Assembly: GCF_006345805.1 (NCBI RefSeq)
Contig: NW_021833426.1
Span: 1 to 64,000, forward strand
Direction of reading: 5' to 3'
Length of the DNA: 64,000 nt
From: Octopus sinensis
Lineage: Eukaryota
The notes beneath the pieces were generated by a model. It did no database searches and had not been told where the DNA came from. It saw nothing but the letters and a program-made list of their open reading frames with translations. Both the position numbers and the translations under genes were made by a program. Shown piece by piece: positions 54,196 through 64,000 of the stretch. Position 1 is the first letter of the stretch; each line of letters begins with the position of its first letter.

Positions 54196-55089
54196 GCAAC
54201 AAAATAATGGGTTCATTAGGTTAAATTTTATTTGCGAAATACTGTTGTTTTGAATTTGCTTCAGAAAGAAGTCTATGTTTGTGGTGGTTAACTGGTGGTG
54301 GGGCGCAAGGAGTGTGGGGTGGGTGTGAATGGGACAGCAGCCCGAAAAAAGTTTGGGAACTACTTGGTTAAGTCGATTACATCGATCCCACTGAAAAATG
54401 ATGAAAGGCAAAGTCGACCCCGGCAGTATTTGAACTCAGCGGCATTTCGTCCGTCTTCCCGTTCTAAGCATTTTGCTCGGCGTGCTAGCGATTCAATTTG
54501 CCTCAGTAATATTATCGGTCAGAGGAAGGCGGCAAGCTGGCAGAAACGTTAGCACACCGGGCGAAATCCTTAGCTGTATTTCATCTGTCTTTACGTTCTG
54601 ACTTCAAATTCCACCGAGGTCGACTTTGTTTTCGTGCTTTTGGGGTCGATGAATTAAGTACGAGTTGCGTACATCGGTCGATTTAATATTCCCCCAAATT
54701 TCGGGCCTTGTGCCTAGAGTCGAAAAGAATAATTTGCAGTTTGGTCTCATGATCCGGAGTTCTTTTTTTGCTTTTAGATTTTGTTTCGTCTTGTTTTATC
54801 CTGTCAGTTTTTTTTTTTTCCTCGCTTGTAAAAGCTCGTGGTCTAGTGTTTAGGGTGTTGTATTCATGATCGCCAGGTTATAGGCTTCATTCCCGGACTG
54901 GGCGGCGTGTTGTATTCTGGAGCAAAACATCATTTCACGTTCTGTTAGTGCTATGTGGGGGACCGGCATGCCAATGAGTATATCCAACGTTTCCATCTGC
55001 ATGTTGCAAAGGAAAAGTGGTTGAAGTAGGAATTGCACTCCGACTGACCTATAGGTTGGCGCGTTGGCGCCTGAGTGGCGGAGAGGTGT

Positions 55090-55122
<33 letters not shown>

Positions 55123-55264
55123 GTTTATTGTAGTATAGGCAGCAGGGGAATTGCCACTCAACATTTCAGAGGTTCGAATAGATGGGAATCAGAAAGAAAC
55201 TGTAGTTAGCAAGAGAAAAGATTTTGTGTTAAAGAAAAAAGTCAGGAACTGGGTTAAAGAGGAA

Positions 55265-56630
55265 AAGAGAAAGATGACCAGATGAAGAGAAAGATGACCA
55301 GATGAAGGGAAAGATGACCAGATGAAGAGAAAGATGACCAGATGAAGGGAAAGATGACCAGATGAAGGGAAAGATGACCAGATGAAGAGAAAGATGACCA
55401 GATGAAGAGAAAGATGACCAGATGAAGGGAAAGATGACCAGATGAAGAGAAAGATGACCAGATGAAGGGAAGATGACCAGCTGAAAGAGAAAGATAACCA
55501 GATGAAGAGACAGATAATCAGATGAAGAGAGAAAGAGAGACCAGATGAAGAGAACAGTAACCAGATGACGAGACAGATGACCAGATGAAGAGACAGATGA
55601 CCAGATGAAGAGACAGATGACCAGATGAAGAGACAGATGACCAGATGAAGAGACAGATGACCAGATGAAGAGACAGATGACCAGATGAAGAGACAGATGA
55701 CCAGATGAAGAGACAGATGACTAGATGAAGAGAAAGATAACCAGATGACGAGAAAGATAACCAGATGAAGAGAAAGATGACCAGATGAAGAGAAAGATGA
55801 CCAGATGAAGAGAAAGATGACCAGATGAAGAGAAAGATGACCAGATGAAGAGAAAGATGACCAGATGAAGAGAAAGATGACCAGATGAAGAGACAGATGA
55901 CCAGATGAAGAGACAGATGACTAGATGAAGAGAAAGATAACAGATGACGAGAAAGATAACCAGATGAGAGAAAGATGACCAGATGAAGAGAAAGATGACC
56001 AGATGAAGAGAAAGATGACCAGATGAAGAGAAAGATGACCAGATGAAGAGAAAGATGACCAGATGAAGAGAAAGATGACCAGATGAAGAGACAGATGACC
56101 AGATGAAGAGACAGATGACCAGATGAAGAGAAAGATGACCAGATGAAGAGAAAGATGACCAGATGAAGAGACAGATGACCAGATGAAGAGAAAGATGACC
56201 AGATGAAGAGACAGATGACCAGATGAGGAAAGATGACCGGATGAAGAGAAAGATGACCGGATGAAGAGACAGATGACTAGATGAAGAGAAAGATGACCAG
56301 ATGAAGAGAAAGATGACCAGATGAAGAGAAAGCTAACCAGATGAAGAGAAAGATGACCAGATGAAGAGAAAGATGACCAGATGAAGAGAAAGATAACCAG
56401 ATGAAGAGACAGATAACCAGATGAAGAGAAAGATGACCAGAGGAAGAGAAAGATGACCAGATGAAGAGAAAGATGACCAGATGAAGAGAAAGATGACCAG
56501 ATGAAGAGAAAGATGACCAGATGAAGAGAAAGATAACCAGATGAAGAGACAGATAACCAGATGAAGAGAAAGATGACCAGAGGAAGAGAAAGATGACCAG
56601 ATGAAGAGAAAGATGACCAGATGAAGAGAA
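55265..56630. repeat. 20-bp purine-rich minisatellite (roughly 68 units)
   Basis: Unit agaaagatgaccagatgaag, itself two agatga sub-repeats. Confidence 0.97.
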
Positions 56631-56942
56631 AAAGTGGAAGAGAGAGTTGAGTTAGGAAGGATGTTGTTGGAACCAAGTTCAAAGACCAACTGCAAAATAC
56701 AAAACGACCTGTAGATTGCGCTCGTCAGAGATGAAATCTATTTATCACCGTATTGAATATAAACAGAGCGATAACCAACTATTGGGCACTAACAATCTAC
56801 GGATTGCCGTAAAGATGTCGTTTTTCTGATGCGTTTCTCACTTCAGAATCTGGTCTAGGAGGTCTGGAAGTGCTTAGAATATCGTATATATTGTATTTAT
56901 TTATATATATATATGTGTGTGTGTGTGTAAATATATGTGTAT

Positions 56943-57282
56943 GTTGAAACCCCCTTCGGTCATGACTGACCGTGGGATTGCACCTAGAAAGTTCCCATCC
57001 TAGGCACAAGCCCGGGCAATGTTGTTTATGGAAGACCAGCTGTCGCCCATGCATACCGGCCTCTCCTCTCCATGCCACCAATGTTATCCAAGGGAAAGGC
57101 AAAGGGGCCGACACAGCTTGGCACCAGTGACGTCGCAACTCATTTCTACAGCTGAGTGAACTGGAGCATCGTGAAATAAAGTGTTTTGCTCAAGAACACA
57201 ACCCGCAGCCCGGTCCGGGATTTGAGCTCACAACCTCACGATCGTAAGCGCAACGCTCTAACCACTGAGCTATACGCCTTCA
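56943..57282 (-). mobile_element. tRNA-derived SINE, group R head with a different (RTE-like) tail
   Basis: Minus strand ggcgtatagctcagtggttagagcgttgcgc...tgtgttcttgagcaaaacactttatttcac...ggtcagtcatgaccgaagggggt; tail assignment inferred. Confidence 0.82.
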
Positions 57283-57931
57283 TATATGTGCATGTATGCA
57301 TATATACATATATGTAGGCGCAGGAGTGGCTGTGTGGTAAGTAGCTTGCTAACCAACCACATGGTTCCGGGTTCAGTCCCACTGCATGGCATCTTGGGCA
57401 AATGTCTTCTGCTATAGCCCCGGGCTGACCAATACCATGTGAGTGTAGGTGTATATAATGAACTTGTTTTCCTTCATGAAGTACAACACATGTAATACCT
57501 GCCTGTAAGATTTATTTTTTAAGAGATAAATAAAAGATCTCTGGATATAAATCTTACCACGTTTTTCTTTCCTGCTCTAGACAGCCGCAAAGACTGTTCG
57601 CATTACATGTTGCATGTACATACTACATGTTACAACATGTGAGATGGACTACATTACTATACACCACATGTACTCGACTTCGAATGAATGGCTCTGATTG
57701 TTAACATTTGCAGGCGCTGCTCAAGTATAATCTATATAACTTGCGCGCGCGCGCACACACACACACATACACACACATACACCACACACACACACACACA
57801 CACTCACATAGATACTTACAAATACATACATACACACATGTGTGTATGTGTGTGTATACAAATACTTTATGTATATACAAAAATACATTTTATATATACG
57901 TACATTATATGTGTATATATATATATGATAC

Positions 57932-57965
<34 letters not shown>

Positions 57966-58643
57966 ATACATATATGTGTGTGTGTATATCTCTATTTATA
58001 ATATATATATATGATATATGTGTGTGTGTGTATATATATATAATATGTTTATATATATATATATATGTGTGTGTGTGGTGTGTGTGGTGTGTGTGTGTGT
58101 ACATATATATTAAAATATATGTATATATATATATATATGTGTGTGTGTATATACATAAATCATATATATATACATATATTTTATATATATATATATATAT
58201 AAAATATATGTATATATATATGATATGTGTATACACACACACACCACACACAACACATATATATACACACATACACATGTATGTTATGTATGTACTAACA
58301 AACAAACGGACACACAATCACCAACCCAAAAGCCACCCCACCATTCGAGACAGCACGAACACAATACAGAGAAACTAATCTGATTGGATGATTTCATGAT
58401 GCATATTGCTGGTGGTGGTGATGATGATTGTGATGTTGATCGTGACGGTGGCGGTTTATGATGACGGCGGTGGTGTAATGGCGGTGAAGTGGGAATGACG
58501 GCCATTGTGTGTGTACATACATACATATGTGTATGTATATGTGTGTGTATATATATATGTGCATATGTGTGTATATATATATATGTGCATATATGTGTGT
58601 GTATATATATGTATGTATGTGTGTGTGTATATATGTATGTATG

Positions 58644-58706
<63 letters not shown>

Positions 58707-58867
58707 TACACACACACACACGAGTGAGTAATTTTTCTTTATTGTGAAATGTTTATACTTAATGTTTATATATGAATAGATTCTCACACATATCTAACGA
58801 AACACATTAAATATACATAAACATTGAATATAGTGTACGTACACACAGATACACATATATATATACA

Positions 58868-58904
<37 letters not shown>

Positions 58905-59484
58905 CCACGTTTATGTGTGAGCATATATATGTGTATATAAATGAAATAACATACATTTTATATACATGCATACATAAATAGATATGTGCACCTCTCTCTC
59001 TATATATACATACATGCGTATATAAAGCTGTGTTTGTGTAAGTACATACACATTTGTCTATACATGTATGTATATGCATGTGCGTCTGTGTACGCACGTA
59101 CAGGCACATGCTTATATCTACTCGTATGTACACACTCACATACAAAAAGAATACACACAAATATAAATTTGAATTCTTTTTATTGCGTTTTATCATGAAT
59201 GAAAGCAAACTCTCTCCACATCGTCTCTTTCCATTCCCATCCACGCTCACACACAAACATATATATAAATACACACACACGTTTTACACACACACACACA
59301 TGGAATAAACGCACAAATATAGTTATTATTCTTTAGTAATAATAGTTTTGTCAGCGACTTCTAAGTTTCTACCTGATTAGCCTTCACCAAGGAAGGCTTA
59401 AGGAGGCCGAAACTTTGAAGTTACTATCAACACTCTTCTTGTTAAAGAGTAATATATATATATTATATATATATATATATATTA

Positions 59485-59531
<47 letters not shown>

Positions 59532-59564
59532 ATATATACTATATATATATATATTATATATATA

Positions 59565-59595
<31 letters not shown>

Positions 59596-59614
59596 GATAA
59601 TATATATATATAGT

Positions 59615-59903
59615 GGAGGCGCAATGGCCCAGTGGTTAGGGTAGCGGACTCGCGGTCGTAGGATCGCGGTTTCGATTCCCAGACCGGGCGTTGTGTGTGT
59701 TTATTGAGCGAAAACACCTAAAAGCTCCACGAGGCTCCGGCAGGGGGTGGTGATCCCTGCTGTACTCCTTCACCACTCTTTCTCTCACTCTTTCTTCTGT
59801 TGGCCTGCTCGCTTAGCCAGCGGGGCTGGCGTCATTCGAAGGCTAAAACAATACCAGCGATGTGTAGCAACATCTGATGGTCTGGTCGGTGACGTGATCA
59901 CCT
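59615..59903 (+). mobile_element. tRNA(Arg)-like SINE group R, inserted in (TA)n
   Basis: ggaggcgcaatggcccagtggttagggtagcggactcgcggtcgtaggatcgcggtttcgattccc; 3' part differs from 26002-26368. Confidence 0.88.
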
Positions 59904-60107
59904 GATATATATATATTATATATATATATATATATAAAATAATTCCTGGGTTTATGTCAAAACTTGAAAGAATATTTAGTACTCCACGCCATCAAAACTT
60001 TTTGAGGATTATTTGATTTTTCTCTCCTGTTAGTACAATTCGAAACAACTTGGCATCACATTCCCTTTCAAATTATTCTTATGAGACTAATGGATTAATC
60101 TTTCATT

Positions 60108-60323
60108 CATTTACTTGTTTCAGTCATTTGACTGTGGCCATGCTGGAGCACCGCCTTTTTAGTCGAGCAAATCGACCCCAGAACTTATTCTTTGTAAGCC
60201 TAGTACTTATTCTATCGGTCTCTTTTGCCGGACCACTAAGTAACGGGGACGTAAACACACCAGCATCGGTTGTCAAGCGATGTTGGGGGAGGAGAGGCAA
60301 ACACAACACACAAACATGCACAT

Positions 60324-60359
<36 letters not shown>

Positions 60360-60464
60360 CGACGGGCTTCTTTCAGTTTCCGTCTTCCACTCACAAGGCT
60401 TTGGTCGTCTCGAAGCTATAGTAGAAGACACTTGCCCAAGGTGCCACGCAGTGGGACTGAACCT
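60108..60464 (-). mobile_element. 5'-truncated SINE group K flanked by about 155-bp direct repeats
   Basis: 59947-60100 matches 60466-60629. Confidence 0.88.
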
Positions 60465-60772
60465 GCTGGGTTTATGTCAAAAATTGAAAGAATATTTAGT
60501 ACTCCACGATATCAAAACTTTTTGAGGATTATTTGATTTTTCTGTCCTGTTAGTATTCCGAACAATTCGAAACAACTTGGTATCACATTCCCTTTCAAAT
60601 TATTCTTATGAGACTAATGAATTAATCTCTGACATTATTCTCAATCGACGGCTCAAGTCTAATCATGTTAATGTTTTCTGTCGCTGGTCTGAACCAGTAG
60701 AGTTCGATCAAACTTGGTATTCTCCTTGTGTCAGTTTTTTGCTTCATAGTTTTATCTGAAAATATTGGTTAT

Positions 60773-61134
60773 AGGCATAGGAGTGGCTGCGTGGTAAGTA
60801 ACTTGCTTACCAACCACATGGTTCCTGGTTCAGTCCCACTGCGTGGTACCTTGGGTAAGTGTCTTCTACTATAGCCTCGGGCTATAGTAGAGTGGATTTG
60901 GCAGACGGAAACTGAAAGAAGCCCGTCGTATATATATATATAGGTAATCCAAACATGAAAACACAAAGAGAAAACAACAACGCGAGGACGTGGAACAAAT
61001 ATAGTATTATTGGACGCTCAGGAAGGAAGGGATGAAGGAGGGCTTAACGTTTCGAGCGGAGCTCTTCGTCGGGAACATAGGAGAAGGGAAGACACAGGAA
61101 AAAAAACATCGCAACGGTACACACGCGGTCACTA

Positions 61135-61183
<49 letters not shown>

Positions 61184-61430
61184 GTTATGTATGTATGTGT
61201 GTGTATATGTTTGTGTGTCTGTGTTCCCCCTCCCGCCCAACATCGCTTGACAACCGACGCTGGTGTGTTTACGTCCCCGTTACCTAGCGGTTCGGCAAAA
61301 GAGACCGATAGAATAAGCACTAAGCTTACAAAGAATAAGTCCTGGTGTCGATTTGCTCGACTAAAAGGCAGTGCTCCAGCATGGCCACAATCAAATGCCC
61401 TGAAACAAAGAGTAAGGAGTAAAGAGAGAG
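60773..61430 (+). mobile_element. SINE group K interrupted in its (TA)n by a hammerhead-motif element
   Basis: Head half 60773-60930, tail half 61190-61430. Confidence 0.88.
60943..61131 (-). mobile_element. Hammerhead-motif element family B
   Basis: Minus strand ccgacga-agagctccgctc-gaaac-gtt at about 61046-61072; homologous to 50619-50788; (TA)n flanks. Confidence 0.75.
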
Positions 61431-61434
61431 AGAG

Positions 61435-61627
61435 TTTCAAGGGCAGCAATTTTGTGGGGGATGCTTCAAGTCGTTTACATCGACCCCCAGTGCATCCCAC
61501 CCCCACCCCACAAAGGATGAACGGTAAATTTGACCTCTGTGGAATTTGAACCCGGAACGCAAAAAAAGAAAACCGACGAAATTGCCTCTAAGCATTTTGC
61601 CTAACGATTCTGCCAGCTCGCCGCCTT
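61435..61627 (-). mobile_element. Older SINE group N copy
   Basis: Degenerate family motifs. Confidence 0.75.
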
Positions 61628-62398
61628 TTCATCTTGAAATATTAAATTTATTCTAATAATTGCAAAAATTTCTAAACATCACCGGAATAACCAATGTTAA
61701 CTGTCACGATTTAACTGTCTTGCTAGAAGTGCTCTTATTACTTCCAGACAACTGCTCCTATCCCCTCACTTATTCTCGCCTTCCTGTCGCTACCTAATAG
61801 GGTTGTTTTTATTATTCTTTCCAATATAGTCTTCTTCACTTATATATTTCCTTGACTTTTCTGTCTGCCGACGAAGCAGCAAAAGATAATTAGATATTTA
61901 CAATTTGACAGAAAATTTAATAAGTCGTGGAAGCTAAGATATTTTGACAGTAAATCTTATTATTTGTGTATTTAATTTAATGAAAACGTACAGTATTTAT
62001 TTTAGTTTAAATTATTGAGAAGGGGTTTATTTATAATAAGAGATGTTCAAATGTTTCAAATTGGCTAAAAACCAACATTATTAAATGTGAAATGTGTTCT
62101 TTTTCAGTATTAGACATACACTTGTTACCTTATTAAAACATACATCCTCAACACACATACACAGTTATCACATAAGAGAGATAGGAATGTGAGCGACAGA
62201 TTCATATGTCGAGTCATCCAGTCACATCAAAATTGATAGCCGTCATCCACCACACATTCGCACATCTATGAAATACTTGAAGGTTCACAGATAACTTCGA
62301 TTTTCAAAGCCATTATTTTTTCTAATTCCGCACACGTACAAGCTTTTAGCGGACAGTTGTACTTTTATCAACAAACGACGGAGATCCTGTCACTATCA

Positions 62399-63006
62399 CC
62401 TCGCCCTCGCCTCTTTCTCTCCCTCGCCTCTCTCTCTCCCCCTCGCCTCTCTCTCTCCCCCTCGCCTCTCTCTCTCCCCCTCGCCTCTCTCTCCCCCTCG
62501 CTTCTCGCTTACCCTCGCCTCTCTCTCCCTCGCCTCTTTCTCTGCCTCGCCTCTTTCTCTCTCTCGCCTCTTTCTCTCCCTCACCTCTCTCTCTCCCTCA
62601 CCTCTCTTTCTCGTCTCTCTCTCCCTCGCCTCTCTCTCCCTCGCCTCTCTCTCCCTCGCCTCCCTCTCCATCGCCTCTCTCTCCCTCGCCTCTCTCTCCC
62701 CTCGCCTTTCTCTCCCTCGCCTCTTCTCTCCCTCGTCTCTTTCTCTGCCTCGCCTCTTTCTCTCCCTCACCTCTCTCTCTCCCTCACCTCTCTTTCTCGC
62801 CTCTCTCTCTCCCTCGTCTCTCTCTCCCTCGCCTCTCTCTCTCTCTCTCCCTCGTCTCTCTCTCTCTCCCCTCGCCTTTCTCTCTCCCCCTCGCCTCTCT
62901 CTCTCCCTCGTCTCTCTCTCTCTCCCTCGTCTCTCTCTCTCTCCCTCGTCTCTCTCTCCTCCTCGCCTCTCTCTCGCTTCTCTCTCACCCTCACTTCTCT
63001 CTCTCT
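62399..63006. repeat. Pyrimidine-rich (ctcgcctctctctcc)-type minisatellite
   Basis: Direct reading. Confidence 0.95.
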
Positions 63007-63048
63007 TTTCTTTATCTCTCTATGTATCTACTTATATGTGTGTGTGTG

Positions 63049-63079
<31 letters not shown>

Positions 63080-63739
63080 TCGTGTGCACGTGGATTAGAA
63101 AACAGTTCGATTCCTGAGGAGGCAGTTGGTTTGTGTCCTTAAGCAGACCACTTAACCTCAACATCGGGTATCTGCCTTTCTCTTAACGGTTGTTTATCCT
63201 AGATATTCTGCTGGGTTAAGGGTGGCAGACCCAAGAAGGGGTCTTTATCAGCCCGGGACAACACAGGCGCCCAAACTAATTAGCGAAAGCATATTTACTA
63301 CGGTTAATTATTTCCTTTTTGGTTTTGATTTGCGTCTAGCCACCTTAATTATTTCATAATTTTCAGATTACCATTTCGCGGAATGAGCCACCGAGTCCAA
63401 TGGTAAATTCTATAAATACTGAAAAGTGAAATTTCAGCTTCACCATCCGCGATGGAGTAAGCATTATTGATGAGCATTAATTTTCATGCGAAATTGGCAT
63501 ACCAATCTAATGACCGCGCTTGCGGTGGGGCGGTTGTCCCCCTTGTCAGTTCGTAGAACATGTGCTTATGTGGCTAAATAGTCTTTCATTCTTATTTCTA
63601 TCAACGCTGGTGCTCTCTGCATATTAGCGATGGTGAATTATTTTCTTCTTAGCTTCGAATTGCGTCTAGTAACTTTTGTTATTCACATACCTGTCTTCGT
63701 CTTTTGTTTTTCTATAAATTTCAACATATGTGTGTGTGT

Positions 63740-63776
<37 letters not shown>

Positions 63777-63934
63777 GGTCTGTCTGTCTGTCAGTCTGTC
63801 TGTGTGTTTCCACAAGAACGTTTAAATAAAGAAACTCTTTTCATTGAAAAATACAGAACACGTCTTAATATGCACACATAACCAACTTTTATCTTTTTAC
63901 ATATTTCAATTCACGATTAGATCACTGGACATAT

Positions 63935-64000
63935 GGAAGCACTCCATCGGTTACAATCGAAACCGCGATCCTACGACCGCAAGTCCGCTGCCCTAACCAC
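63935..64000 (-). mobile_element. Internally deleted SINE group R running off the window
   Basis: Tail ggaagcactccatcggttac joined directly to head aatcgaaaccgcgatcctacgaccgc. Confidence 0.75.

Noticed and set aside
55921-56695. 253-aa Ser/Leu repeat ORF
   Set aside because: Product of the 20-bp minisatellite; period is not a multiple of 3
59615-59690. Functional tRNA-Arg gene
   Set aside because: Acceptor stem does not close, and it continues into a SINE body shared with 26002-26368
62357-63142. Ser/Leu/Pro or Arg/Glu-rich ORFs
   Set aside because: CT-rich minisatellite
63367-63460. Possible 36-nt and 19-nt plus-strand micro-exons
   Set aside because: The intervening intron would be under 40 nt and there is no other support; chance AG/GT matches are likely

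Overview
AT-rich, microsatellite-saturated animal genomic DNA, most likely an octopod cephalopod (inferred from the repeat families, not verified). No complete protein-coding gene is supported. Almost all ORFs in the track are translations of (TA)n/(CA)n/(TG)n arrays, tandem repeats or SINEs. The window is dominated by three tRNA-derived SINE groups (dozens of copies). It also holds a decayed Penelope-like retroelement (Naiad-type GIY-YIG), R4/Dong and CR1-like LINE fragments, a 1.18-kb solo LTR, Merlin-like and Tc1/mariner/pogo-type MITEs, mariner relics, several minisatellites (two derived from interspersed repeats) and a 1.6-kb tandem duplication that may be an assembly artefact. The most interesting signal is a recurrent set of short non-coding elements with Penelope-type minimal hammerhead-ribozyme motifs carrying non-canonical cores. 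They sit in or beside (TA)n tracts, with an empty/filled site pair visible in the window, and there is also a tRNA-headed SINE-like element that ends in a hammerhead. Phase-compatible candidate micro-exons on the minus strand may belong to a host gene.
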